Source: Camelus ferus | Taxonomy: Eukaryota | DNA length: 64,000 bases | Direction of reading: 5' to 3' | NCBI RefSeq assembly: GCF_009834535.1 | Contig: NC_045697.1 | Location: 30,692,001 to 30,756,000 of the forward strand | Shown: one piece after another, positions 12,869 through 25,885 of the stretch | How positions within the stretch are numbered: the stretch's first letter is position 1 | How the letters are laid out: the number at the start of each line of letters is the position of its first letter | The notes under the pieces: model-generated | Seen by the model: the letters and a program-made list of their open reading frames with translations, nothing else | Database searches by the model: none | What the model was told of the DNA's origin: nothing | Translations under genes and position numbers: made by a program

Positions 12869-13059
12869 GGACCTAGTACTCTGCTTAGCACTCAGCGGAT
12901 GTAAACATGGTAGTAGAACTGAATAAATGGAAATTTTGCAAGAAAGAAAAATTAACCTCACTATCCATGAAGCTAAGATCACAACTCTTGTTCATTTTAG
13001 ATGGCTCACTGTTAGGAGGCAGTCTGTTTAACCCGCCACGTATCTGGAGTAGAGAGGAA

Positions 13060-13780
13060 CTAAGTACAGGATACTGGATTCTTCAGGGTGGGAAAGACAG
13101 GTGAAAAACCATTAAGTGGAGAAGGAAACTTACTACTTCTTTAGTGGAAAGTGGGCATATTCAGAGTAGATTAGAACCAGATGACAGGGGCCTCTGCATG
13201 CACGGTAAGAAAGTCCGAATGTCACAGCTGGCTCTAAGCAGTAAGTTAAAAGTTTTTGAGCCAAAAGTGAATATAATAGAAGCAGTGACTTAAAAATATT
13301 AATTTGGGTTGCTCAGAACATATATACATACAGACAGACATACACATACCTTAATTAAAAATATTTCATTGCTAAAAAAATGCTATCATCTGACAACATC
13401 TGTGAAGTACAATACAATTAGGTATGTCTGTATATAAAATAGATGGAGATATCTGTGGATGTATCTGGACTTTACCTAGGATGAGGACAATGAAAATGAA
13501 AAGAAGGGACATTTAGTTGGTGGGGGTTTTCAAATCAAAGTGGAATCAGAGATGATCCCTAGGGTTTCAAAGTTGGGTTATTAGGAAAATGAGGGATTAA
13601 ACATAAATAGAAAAGGCAGGAAGATATATAGAAGAAAAATATCAGGGATGTTCTAAATACTCAGAAGGTCAGATATCACTGAGATATTCTAGTGGAATCA
13701 CTAAGCAAGCTGATGGAAAAGTCAGAACTGAGCTTGGAAAAGGATGCAGAGCCGGGGTTGTACATTCAGATGTCATCCAC
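13060..13780 (-). mobile_element. Degraded L2 fragments
   Basis: Purine-rich stretches resembling antisense L2 (accagatgacaggggcct...ggtaaga; gatgatccctagggtttc). Confidence 0.45.
13331..13430. mobile_element. Internally deleted Tigger1-derived MITE (Tigger1a_Art-like)
   Basis: cataccttaattaaaaatatttcattgctaaaaaaatgctatcatctgacaac and ...ggtatgtctg match remembered Tigger1 ends; flanked by TA. Confidence 0.7.
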
Positions 13781-15698
13781 TCATCAAGTATTTAGTGACC
13801 TTTTACTATGTGACAGAATTTCTATGGAAGAATATAAGGAGAAGAAAGGAAATGAAATAGAAGACCTCAGAATCCTCCTTCTGCCCCTAGGAGTTACTAG
13901 CTTAAGGACTTTTATTGAGCCACTGTCTCAGGCGTCAGATGTTAAAAGCCTACATGACAATGGTTTCTCTATGGACTCTTGCTTTAAAGAGATAGAAGTA
14001 GTGGAGAGAGAGACAGTAATTTCTTCAACATGGGGCAAGGCCCAGCCACCACTTTCTGTCTAGGGAGCCTTGCCTGATAGGACTGGTGGGCTTCCAACCG
14101 TGAAGCACGTCTACTCGAGAAGGCGGACTGCTTTCCCCTTCTAGCTCTGCCTTATAGTGACCTTGCTCTCAGAGGGAAGACCTACGGCCTCCATCTCCCC
14201 CCATACACCATGTCTGCTCGTAGCCCATGGGGCACTGATTCTCTTCCCTTTTCCCGTGACTCTGGTTAGGTAAGGAAAGGCTGGAGCTTCTCTAGGCTTA
14301 AAGAAAATCAGTCTGCCCTTCTTTCCTTCCTTCCTCTGCCCTCCACTCCTTTTGAATTCTCTTCTGTGTGGATGGTTTCTCCAAGGAGTCTTCTCTCAGA
14401 AATACCTAGTGGTGGATGGAAGAAGTGGGAGCACAGGCTATCGACAGAAATTGGAATAAAACCCAGAGGATGCCATGAATTAGAAAAGGAGTTCACTAGA
14501 CTTCGGGGTCACCATTATCAGTTAACACAAAATCTGTGAGAAACCTTTGGGTAAACAGGAAATGGGTAAGAGTGGTGTACCAGAGGCTATAGGGGAACAG
14601 CCAGGTGGGGAAAGCTTTCCCACTTCTCCGTGGTGCCCTGTGCAAGCCCAGGCTGACCAGTGTGGGGGGCTGAGGCTGGGCTGGATTGAGCTAAGGGGCT
14701 CCTCTCCCAACAAAACTGTGAACTTTGGTTTAGGCTTGGAGTCTGTGGAAACTCGAAGTCTACAAAGTAATATGTTTGAAAAACAAAACATTCCAAATCC
14801 AGGAGTATCCCCAGTGTTCTAAAGGTAAAACCTCAGGAAATTTCTCCCCTCATGCCTCAGAGAGGAAAGTCAAGCTTTCTGGTCAACCTCAGGGCATGAA
14901 GCCAGGAAGAGACAGGTGCCAATGGTATGGGTGTGCTGAGAACCCTTGAACGTTACCTCGCTCAGGCAATTTCATCAGAATGTGGCTGCCTTTAACAAGA
15001 GTGGTGTTTGGATAAAGGAACTAGGGGAAAACAGGGATTCACTGAGCCCTGTCTCCAAATTTGCCTCATGTTAGGACCTAGCTTTCACTTTTGCCTCAGA
15101 GGGAACATTACTGCTCACTAGGGAAAATGGGGAAAAATGGTTTCAAAGGGAATACTTATAAGATAGGAGAAGATTATAAGCACAAAAGAAATATAATAAC
15201 TTATAAAAAAGTAGAACTTGTAAAAGCAGAGATAACAAGAATTTTTAAAAAGTTTAATGAAAAATAAACCTTGGAAAAATAAGGTGAGATCCTGGAAACA
15301 TCTAACGGGAACAAGGAGTTACAGTGAAGAATCAATTGAGAATAAGTTATATAAAACTATAACTGCTAAAATAAAGAAGCCAATAGTAAACTGAGTAGTC
15401 AATATGATAGAACCTGAAAGTGAAAACAAAAAATTTTCCCAAAAGATAAGAGGAAATTAAAGATTGTGAAAAAAATGAAAAGAATGGAGGAAAAGAGGTG
15501 ACTACATATATGTAATGGGAGTCCAAGAAGAGAATAAAAAAGGATAAAATTAAAAAGAATGATTAATAATTTTCCAGAATTAAAGAAAGATATCTATCCT
15601 TAGATTGAAAGGGCTTATATAGCACCAAAAAGAAATGCAAGAAAAACGTACCTACTGCAGACACATTATGGTTAAACTACGATTAAGAAAACATTCTA

Positions 15699-15929
15699 GG
15701 GGGTAGGGGGTGGGAAGGGACAGACTGGGATTTCAAAATGTAGAATAGATAAATAAGATTATACTGTATAGCACAGGGAAATATACACAAGATCTTATGG
15801 TAGCTCACAGTGGAAAAAAATGTGACGATGAATGTATGTATGTTCACGTATAATTGAAAAATTGTGCTCTACACTGGAATTTGACACAATATTGTAAAAT
15901 GACTATAACGCAATAAAAAAAGTTAAAAA
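15699..15929 (+). mobile_element. Young 5'-truncated L1 3' end, same family as the 9379 copy
   Basis: 14-bp TSD aagaaaa(c/a)attcta (15685-15698 and 15930-15943), AATAAA plus A tail, atactgtatagcacagggaa motif typical of cetartiodactyl L1 3' UTRs. Confidence 0.85.
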
Positions 15930-16339
15930 AAGAAAAAATTCTAAAGATTCTAAAGCTTCTAAAAGCTTCTAATATAAAAGTAGATTAATTACAAAGAAAG
16001 CAATCTGACCTGCTCCTGGATGCATGCACAAAATTACTTTAATATCTTCAGTTCTTGTCTCTTTATGGGGGGGGGGAGGGAAGGAAAGACATACTAATAC
16101 ATACAGACAATAAGTACAAATATGGTCATCAAAACATTAGAAATAATCAGACATAGCATAAATATAGATTGTAAAAGTCTCAAACCAGCTGAAGAAAATC
16201 TGATTTAGAGAGTGAGGCCTAATATGGCAATAATTATAATAAATATAAATGGGTTAAATTCATCAATTAGAAGGTGAATTCTCACATTAGATTAAAACAA
16301 AAATATCTAGCAATATGGCATCTAAGAGACACACTTCAC

Positions 16340-16580
16340 AATAACAGCTAATATAACACTTACTTGTTCTATGTTCTGAGCTCTTATTTTAATTCATTCA
16401 ATTCTCTGAATCCTGTATGAGACAGGTTACTATTATTTCCATTTTACAAATGAGGACCCTGAGGCACAAAAGGATTACATAACTTAAGGCAAAATAGTAA
16501 GAAAGACAGAGGTGAAGCCAGAATTCAACACTAAGCAGTGTGGATTTAGAGAGAGGACAGCATTTTTAGCTACTATATTA
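16340..16580 (-). mobile_element. MIR
   Basis: Core motif ccattttacaaatgaggaccctgaggcaca. Confidence 0.75.
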
Positions 16581-16824
16581 TACAGAAGGATCGAACACAA
16601 AGGTTTAGAGGTTGGAAAAAAAAAAGGATAAGGCCCATATGAAACAAAAGAAAGCCACGTTAGCAATTTTAATGCCAGATAAACAGAATTTAGGACACAG
16701 AAAAGGCCATAATGGTCAGAGAGAAATATTAATAATGTATGATAGCATTCTTCTCATGAGAAATGTTCGATTAGGCTACACAAAATAAAATTTGATAGCA
16801 TTTCAAAGAGGAATATAATTTTTA

Positions 16825-17030
16825 ATAATAGCTACCAATGCATTGAGTACATATCTTAGGCCATTTATTCCTCACAACTCTATGAACAATTATTTTTATC
16901 TGTATTTCAAAGATGAAGAAAACTGAAGCTGGAGAAGTTAACGTATTATTTAGCTACTCAGAGGTGGAGTCTGGACTTAGATTCTGGAAAGTCTGGCCTC
17001 AGAGCTTAAGTTCTGGATCATATAGCATTA
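16825..17030 (-). mobile_element. MIR
   Basis: tcctcacaactctatga...agatgaagaaaactgaagctggagaagttaa core. Confidence 0.7.
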
Positions 17031-17429
17031 TAAACAGAAGGAAAAGGGTGGATTGTTTAATAAGTGGTATTGGGAGAATTTGCTTACTGTGTAGAAATGA
17101 ATAATGCTGGACCCCTTCTCCTTCATATCCATACAAAAAACATAAAGCTATAAAGTTAACAGAAAAAAACGTAGGAGAATATCTTCGTGTGTGGGAAGTT
17201 TTTACTATCCCAAAAGCACAAACCTTAAAGGGAAAAATTAATGGAATTTGACTGTCTCAAGGTCAATGATTTTTGTTCCAGGAAGAATACCACAGGCAGA
17301 ACTGAGAAGGGAGCTGGATTAGAAGATATTCAGCCATGTCTATACCCAGCAAAGAATCAATATGCAGAACATACAAAGAATTCTTGTACATATGCAGGAA
17401 AAATATACAGGAAACCCAATGGAAAGCTC

Positions 17430-17715
17430 TGTATCCGGAGCCTTCTTCAGTGTGCTACTTTTTCTCATAACAAGTGTTACCATTGACTTTATGTCTATCT
17501 GATATGTAATAAATCAATTATAATCACTCATACACACAGCATTTACTGCCTTTTGTATGCATCTGTGTATTTATTTTACTGAATAACAGCTACAATGTGA
17601 AGGCATGGATTATTTTTTCTTGTTGTTCATTGTTCTATTTATGGCACATAATAGGTGCTTGAAAAACACTTTGAATGAATGAATGAAAGAAAAAAAAGAA
17701 AGAATGAGTGAATGT
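17430..17715 (+). mobile_element. L2 3' end
   Basis: tggcacataataggtgct...ttgaatgaatgaatgaa terminus. Confidence 0.6.
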
Positions 17716-18631
17716 ACTTCAAAAGCAGAAATCCAGAGGGTTAAACATTTAAATAAAGAGCTATTCAATCTCCCTAGTATTCACAGAAACGAAAATCAAA
17801 ACAAGGTGCCACTTGTTAAACATCAAATTGGCAAAGTTGTAAAAGGAAGAATGTTAAGTGTCGATATGAAGGTAGGGAGACAGCAACCTTCCTACATGGA
17901 TCTGGGAGTACATACTAGCGCAGCTGTTTTAGAGCAATGAGATAGTTCTGATAATTCGGATTGAACTGAAATATATATCCCACAGCCAGGCATTCCCATT
18001 CCTAAGTATATATCCTAGAAAAACACTTGCATGGGTACACAGGATATTCATTTCGGCACTTTCCATGGTAGCAAAGATTGAGGGGCAATTTATGTGTCTA
18101 TCACTACAAGAACAGATGAATAAAGTGGTGTATATGTGAAGACGTAAACTTGTTCTATACATGGTAACATGGAGAGATCTCAAAAACATGTAGAAAGATT
18201 AAAAAAAGGCAAAAAATTATGCTGATATATTATTATAAATAGGCATCTATCCCCCAATTCAAATCACATTTAACAATATTATGCATTTTTCATAGCTACA
18301 CAGCTATACACATAAAGTATGGCAGATGGACGGGAACCTATTAAATACCTAAGAATGTCTGCCTAAAGAGGAGTGAAAAGAAAGTGACTGGGGATAAAGG
18401 GCAAACACTAAAACAATGCCTAAAAATCCAAGAACTTCATTTAGTTCGAGATTCTGTGGTGCTTCCAGCTTAGGGAGAAGGCTAGCTTGCACATCTTCCA
18501 GCCTGATTCCTTTGCCTCCCTGGTCCTCTAGCACCTTGGAGGTACTTCCCCCTAGAACAGAGGGAAGGCACAGGGGTGACAGAGCAGGATGCATGTATAT
18601 GGTCCTGGGTTTATAATATATCTGTTGCTAT

Positions 18632-18710
18632 TTTTTTAATTCTTTTTTAAAAAATTGAAGTGTAATTGATTTACACTGTTGTGTTAGTTTCTGGTGTACA
18701 GCACAGTGAT

Positions 18711-18777
<67 letters not shown>

Positions 18778-19115
18778 GGTTATTACAGTATACTGAATAT
18801 AATTCCCTGTGCTATACAGTAGGACCTTGGTGTTTATCTATTTAATATATCTTAGTGTGTATCTGCTAAATTCAAACTCCTAATTTATCCTTCCCCCCAA
18901 CCCTTTCCCCTTTGGTAACCATAAGTTTGTTTTCTATGTCTGTGAGTCTTCTTCATATTTTGCAAATAAGTTCCTTTGTGTCATCTTTTTAGATTCCACA
19001 TATAAGTGATATCATATGACATTTGTCTTTCTCTGATGGACTTCACTTCCGATGGTAACTTTCAGGTCCACCCATGTTGCTGCAAGTGGTATTATTTCAT
19101 TCTTTTTTTATGGTT
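18632..19115 (-). mobile_element. L1 3' UTR (cetartiodactyl-type) containing a TA repeat
   Basis: ttgaagtgtaattgatttaca...ccctgtgctatacagtaggacctt...tttagattccacatataagtgatatcata; imperfect flanking repeat tatc..ttgctatt. Confidence 0.85.
18717..18774. repeat. (TA)29 microsatellite
   Basis: Directly counted. Confidence 0.97.
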
Positions 19116-19456
19116 GTATCCCTTGCTATTGACACCTCAGTTTAAACCAACTGATTTCAGGAAACAGACACATTTATGGATTTGTTTTGAATCCAAGGGC
19201 ACAGAAAAATTTAACGGGGATGCCAGACTGTGCAGCTGTCCCAACAGAAAGAATGTCAGTCATTTCTGAGGAATCATGAAGGAAGGGAAACATGCCAGGT
19301 GAGGAGAGATGGTCACGTGTCTCAGTTCTCAAGAAAAAAGAATGCGTCTGTAAGTAACAGACTAGAAGTCCGGGGTGAACTCCATCAATATTCTGGGAAA
19401 AGTTTTGTCAGAACTGACTCCCTCTACTGTTCGTTCATGAGCCACAGAGTCCATTA

Positions 19457-19675
19457 CAGGGGATGGCTGACTACGGCCTCCGGGGCAAATCTGGGCAGCA
19501 TCCTACTTTTACATAAAGACTTACAGGGTCACAGCCACACCCATTCATCTGTGTAGTGCCTGTTGCTGCTTCCAAGCTGCAACATCAGAGTTAAGTAGCT
19601 GTGACAGAGACTGGCCCATAAGCCTAAAATATTTACTCTCTGATTTCTTTGCAGAAAAAGTTTGCCACTTGCTCT
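19457..19675 (+). mobile_element. hAT-Charlie MITE, MER58A-like
   Basis: cagggg...actacggcc...cacagccacacccattc...agcctaaaatatttact...gaaaaagtttgcc. Confidence 0.8.
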
Positions 19676-20399
19676 ATAAAATACTCCCTCTTGGAAATGC
19701 CATCTGGCACCATCGCTTCTTTCATGTCTCAATATAAAGCCTGTCGTTTTATGGCTGTTTCTGTTTTCTTTATACTGCCCTCTTGGCAATATACCTTTTG
19801 TTTTCCAAGACCATCTTCCCCTAGGATGCTGTCTCTCCTTTCTCTTCGCTCTGTGCCCTGCAGCGTCCAGGCAGCCATGACCTGCTGTTCTGCCTGATCT
19901 CGACTCCTGGAACTCTAGCCTGGCTCAAGATGCCAAACCTTTAATTTGCCCTAAGCAGCGATGGCTCAGATAGGCTTATTAACAAGTGGGTCATCACTAG
20001 AAACCATCCAGGGTTCAAGGGAACCAGTTATACCAAACTAACTCTGCTTCCGTTTCCCGGACAAGCTGATCCCCAGTCTGGCAGATCAGAGAACTACTGT
20101 AGGTTCCACATCCCATGTCCTTCGCAAACCAGAAAATGAAGTCCTCTCACTCCATCACTGGAGAAATGAAGGAGAATGGGAAGCCTCAGGTGGCTGTGCA
20201 CGTGACCGAGGAACATATTAGAGTGATTTACTGATTTATGTAAAGTTTTAGGGAGGCCTTTAGAGGAAGGCTGCAGAGCTCTGTACTTCTGACTGCTGAA
20301 CAGAAAAGAATCCTAAAGAATTTGAATGTAGTTATGGAAGAGGTATTTACTTATTCCAAGTGAGCAAGATACAAAACAGAAAGAAACTTTAATAACTAA

Positions 20400-20570
20400 G
20401 ACAGAACTTAAGAGGGATGGTGATGGAAATCAAGACAGCAGTTATCCTTGTGGGGATAATAAAATAAAGGGGGCATGAGGGGGCTTCTGGGGTGCTGGTC
20501 ATGTTTGTGTGTTTGATAAGGCAGTATGCTCACTTTGTGAAAATTCACTGAGATTTACACTCATGTTTGA
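20400..20570 (+). mobile_element. Old L1 (L1MC/ME-like) 3' UTR fragment
   Basis: ggggcatgagggggcttctggggtgctggtcatgtt...cactttgtgaaaattcactgag. Confidence 0.65.
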
Positions 20571-20599
20571 TCAGAATTATATAACCTGAAGTTCTAATT

Positions 20600-20605
<6 letters not shown>

Positions 20606-20630
<25 letters not shown>
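20606..20630. repeat. (TG)12 microsatellite
   Basis: Directly counted. Confidence 0.95.
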
Positions 20631-22269
20631 AGGTGATGGAGGTTTATGTAAACTGAGTCACCTGTGAAACTGTATAATGTTGAATTAAAGTGAGACTCTA
20701 TAGCATTTAGATTCCTCATAAATTTTTAGATACTTTACTGCCCAATAAGGACTTCCCTGATCGTGTACATCATAACTGGCTACCAGGCTGTCATGTGGCC
20801 ATGCGGCTCCTTTAACATTACTCAGTACAGGCAGAACCACAAATGAGATGGACAGGGCTGAGCAACTTATTATTATATTAAAGCAAAAATGGGTATTTTA
20901 TGAAGTTATAAAATTTCTTCAGTGTGTCCTCTTTTAGCCATATATTTATGAAATAAATCTTCTCTCAACATTTCCAACATTTATTCATATTTTCTTGGAA
21001 GCAAATATAAGGTTGACATTCATTAAGAGTTTGTAAGTCTTCTCAAAGCCAAACATCTGCTTGGCATCCAGTGGTGTTCATAAACTTTCTTCTTTAAAGG
21101 AATGTCTGTTGAGCATTTATTAGCTTCATTTGTGCTTTATGACTACCCTTTAAGTAGAACATTTATTTAGAGAAATCCCTTATTTAAGACAGTCCCAAAA
21201 GATTCAAGAAGTAGACCTGACTTGACCCTTTACTTAACATACTCACGCTATGACAAAAAGTATTCAAGGTGTCCCCTTAGACCTCTTCTTGGAGGGCCCC
21301 TCGATTGAACTAAGGTGAAAGGTTTTGCCTGGAATGTCACTCCCGAGTGACGACACTCATCGGAGTCAAGTGTTTTTTTACGCACGATGGGGAAAATGGC
21401 CCAGAAGGGGCTTACACTTTGATTAGAGATGTTGCAAGTAGGGAAAAATGCTGACTTCAATTTAACTTCTGCTTTTCAGAAGACATGAGTACATAAATTA
21501 TGTAGAAGAACAGGTGATTACCAGACAGTCTAAAAGCTTGGAGGCTCTAGGCCAATTTTCAACCAACTGTCACAGAATGTAAGTTTCAAAATATGTTTAA
21601 ACTACACTGACAACTACAGAAAAAAATGTAAAATTCTTTGAAAGGCTGGAGTATGTGAACTGACGAGGATCTCAGAAACCACATGCTACTTAACACGCAG
21701 CTAGTCCACTGCAGTGTCCCCACTCTCTTCTGGAGGGAATATTAAAAGAGGCAGGACAGATGCTTCCCTGAATTAAGCTGATCCAAGCAGTAGATGACTC
21801 CTCCCAGCACAGAGCAGCCAACAGAAGTAGGGTTCACCTCAAAACTGAAAGGGCTGGGAGAGGGCCCCTGGCCCAGTGGCTTTCAAGCTGGAAGGAGCTA
21901 ACCCAGGAAGGGTGAGTGCATGGGTTTCCCACCTCTCTATGCCAGAGAAGCTCCAGTCTTAACTGCTGAGGACATCCAGCCTTCCTGGAGGATTTGAATC
22001 ACTGCTATATGCCAAGCTCTTCATCGTATAGGTCACAAAACCAAGGCCAGAGAGATTCCATTCGTTATCCAAAGTGCAAGAGAGGTAAAGTGAGAAGAGG
22101 AATTCCATGAATCCCCAGCTAAAGCACCACTGTACCAATCACACAAGCTGTAAGACCTTAGGGCATAAATACGGGCAGCTGAGACGAGAAATTATTTCTC
22201 TGGTCCAGTTAATTTGCAGAATAGCTCTTGTTTTAGCCGTGTACACAAATCATCAGTCTTGCGAGGTTC

Positions 22270-22420
22270 CCCCACCTCTATCTGTCCAAGGAGTTTCAGG
22301 GAGTCTGTGAGGTCCTTAAAGGGGTGCATTCAATTTTCCATGTTTGTGTAAAATTGGTCCATAGCTTTCATTTGTTCATCAAAAGTATCTGTGATCACAC
22401 CAAACGGTAAGAATCAGTGT
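22270..22420 (+). mobile_element. hAT-Charlie remnant (Charlie4z-like)
   Basis: ggtccatagctttcat...tcaaaagtatctgtga...ggtaagaatcagtg resembles the remembered terminus. Confidence 0.5.
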
Positions 22421-25400
22421 ACTTGAAGAAGGGAACAAAAGAGAAGGACCACAAAAGGAGTGGTTCAATGTTTATAACTTGAACTTACCCAAAACTCCCT
22501 TAACAAAAGATGCACGCTTCCTATTAAACCACTCAGGTTACATAGGTAATATTCGCACAGAGGTAAAAACAAAACCTGTGTGGTATATATGAAAATATGG
22601 TGCTTGGTAGACTGATAAAAACAGATTTTATTTTACTTCCTGGGTTTTACATACTTGGAAGAATTATTTGAGGTATAACACGCAAACTTCACTTTGTAAA
22701 CCAAAACCAGGACTCCAAAGCCCTGAATAATTTTGGGGTGAGGGGATTATTCCTGTCTCTGAGTATTCCCTTTGGAAAATGAGGGTGAGTAAGAGATGTA
22801 ATGACAACTGATGGAGAACAACTGTGTCTTTCAATTCAACTGCAGACTCTTCAGGGAAAACGCTCATCTTTATAACTGTGTCAATTAGGCAAACACTGAA
22901 AACCGCCTCCTGCCCTCCACGCTGATAATGTCAGGGAAGAAAGTGGCTGATGTAATCCTGAGGATGGAACTAATATCCAGAGCCCCATTACCCATTAAGG
23001 GGAGGCTTTCCCCGACTTCCACTCTGGCTACAGCAGAGAAGATGGCACAGAAGAACAGATTCTGAATTATCTTCATGGGGGGACTGATGAGAAATAAATT
23101 GTAAAGTGGTTTGTGGGGAAAACCCATAAAGGCCAGAATGAACAGAAACGAATTGGGAAAACAGTGCCGTACTGTATTTTGAGATAATATTCAATGTTTA
23201 TCTGGAGCACTTATTATAATGGAGTAAAATAGAGAATTTCCTGAGACTGGGAGATTGCAATCATCTGAGACACCAGGAGTGATGCCTGAATTTAACTGTA
23301 AGGAATGATATGCAGAATTGCCCACCTATTCCTCACTAGTGACAGAAGCGTTATTGTGGAAATGATGCTTCGAGGTCAGGAAAGGAGATGACAAGAAGAC
23401 GGTCTGTGCCAATAGTTTAAATGCCAAGAGGCACCAGGCCAAGAAGGTGCACAGGCATAAACTGGGCAGTGGCACTGATATAATTATGGGATTAGACGAA
23501 TTCTCAAAGCCAGACCGGAAGTTGAACCACAGTCCTTATGGGAAAAGACAGAATATGAAGGTAATTAGAAGAAAAGAGTAGAGGAAAGCTATTTTACTTT
23601 AAAAAAAAAAAAAAACCCTTAAAACTCTAAATAAAACTCAGTGTCTGCATAGGGACCTTCACGGTCCTCAAACATGCATAAAACAGGACGGAGGGAGGAA
23701 GGGGCCACACACATCTTTCTAAGCTCAGTGTCAGAGCTGGGCCGCACGTGCAGCACGTGATTCCCGCCCAGGGGCCTGGGACCTGGAGGAGCCCCGAGGT
23801 CCTGGGACTTGTGAGCATCCAGAACAAGGATCTCACGAGGGAATTTCACAAGCGCAGAACACATTTTTTCTCCCTTGACTCTGCTTTCTAGTTTCTCTCT
23901 CCCTCTGCTATTGTTTAATTTTGTGGTTCAACTTTTTGAAGAATGGTGGGAGGGACTGTGTTAAGCAATGCTCTAAGAATGAGGCTCGGCTGCGGTGACA
24001 ATCGGCCTCCCACATCTTTCAAACCAATTGTGATTCTGCTTAAAACAAAAGGCAGACAGAAACATGAAGCGGCGCAGGCAGACAGTCTTATTCACCCTCG
24101 TCTGTGCAGCATTTACACTCAGCACACAGTAGGCACAGAGCAGACGCTGGCTCCACGGAGCTGGTCATTTTATCTAAACAGCTCTGTGTTCTGTTCTGTT
24201 TCCAAATCAGAGCCAACAGTCATATCACCTAATGTGCTTTCGGGCAATCTTTCGTTGATCCTTGTGATCCCATTAACGAAAGTGATTAAACAACTAAGTC
24301 CTGGCACAAAATTGTCCTGATGGAGGAGTATCAGAGCTGAACAAGACTAAGACTTGGTTGAGAGATTAGCAAGGAACCAAGAAAAGCCACTGGGAAAGTA
24401 GATTTTAAAAATCATCAGTATCCTCTTTTTAAACGAGACAGTTAAGATACATAATTTCCCATTTTTTCCTCACGGTTAAGCAGAGTCTGATTCTTACTAA
24501 TATTAAGTATCCATATGACATATTGCCTAAAAGCTTTATAGTAACAGTATTTATCAATACATGTCACAGAGAAGAAAAATTAAATGACTGACTGAAATAA
24601 TTAGATTACTAGGAGTAATAAGCAACTCTTACTGCTCTGAATATAATACAAGTTTATAGGCTGAAATGATACTTACCAAGGATACTTCTTAAGTATGGTT
24701 TAAACAATATTTCACAAAGTATTATTTCAACTAAAATTCAGGAAATAGCTATAAGGCATGACTTATAAATTTGGAGACAACGTCATATACAGGATATTTA
24801 AGTAAATCAAGCCCAGACCCAAAAAAGGTTTTAAAAAGTGTAAGACTCTTTTATTAATAAATATTTTAAAAGAAAAAAAAATAAAAGCAACAGTACAGTT
24901 TTAAGGATAATGTTAAAAGCACAGATTCTGAGAAAGTCTTCAGAAGCCCTGCTAACACGTCATCTCCCATGCAGAGAATGCGATTTGAGAAACTGCTTAC
25001 ACCTTACACCTGGTCTGGCCAGCTGGTAAGGTTCAGTAAGTGGGTGGCAAAGAGGAAGAGCCTTGCGTTTCATGGTGAGCAGAAGGGAAGAGACTGGGCG
25101 TAGTCATGAATATACTTTAAATTTTAGGAAGACATAGGGAAGATTCTTTGGCGAGAAATTCAGGAAGGACTGGAGGTAAATGATTCACAAAAATATAATT
25201 CAGTGGAGTAGGCCTTGATAACTCAATTTAGGATACAGGCACTATTACAGATTAGAGGGCAGAAAACTGTAAGGTCAATAAACAGCCTTCAGAAAAATGC
25301 TCAGCTACTTGGAAGATGACTTAGTTGGTGCCTCCCATCACACATTCTCCTAAAATAAGACTAAGTAACAGAATCAAAGATTTAAGTGTAGAAGACAGAA

Positions 25401-25712
25401 CCTTTACAGAAGTAACCCTGGATTTGCAGATACAGAAATGCAGGTAAATGATCAATCTGAGACACAGAAAATGGCGAGCCATCTGCCTACTCAAATTATG
25501 AACAATAACTATTAATGATTGCTAGGGCTCACCTTCAAAATGCGGCTAATAAATTCTAACCCAGTTTGTCAGCCCTGAGTATTGAGTGAATGAATTCATA
25601 AACAGCTGACATTTACAAGTTCTGGGGAGAACAACCTCCAGGAACTTTAGACACCAAGAACTTAGGATCAAGTTGCTCTTACTGAAATCTGACGACATGA
25701 CTGGGAACCTAC

Positions 25713-25885
25713 CTGCAGCAAATCACAGCTTTGCACGACAAAGCCAAATCCAGGAAATACTGGCGCACTCCAAAGGTTAAGGCGTACTTGAGGGTCTTCC
25801 CATCGATGATGAGAGCAAAGTCATTCTCCTTCAGAAGGGCGTCACCTAGTGTAGTGCAGTGACGGCTGAGAGTTTCCCTCGTTGC
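25713..25885 (-). CDS. ATP8A1: ATP8A1 exon, 173 nt: [57 protein letters not shown](R)
   Basis: Acceptor ttttacag|GCA, donor GCAG|gtaggt; lies within ORF 25709..25927. Confidence 0.97.

Larger units (their letters stand above)
15150..18400 (+). mobile_element. Ancient fragmented L1 (L1M/L1ME-type): ORF1, ORF2 start, ORF2 end and 3' UTR remnants, interrupted by later insertions
   Basis: ORF1-like ttttccagaattaaagaaaga...ttagattgaaagggc; endonuclease-like aaatataaatgggttaaattcatcaatt...aagagacacac; ORF2-end-like cagccaggcattcccattcctaagtatatatcctagaaaaac. Confidence 0.7.

Noticed and set aside
24671..24750. Consensus donor TTG|gtaagt on the gene strand
   Set aside because: The upstream sequence is AT-rich with no convincing exon, and such pseudo-donors are frequent in long introns.
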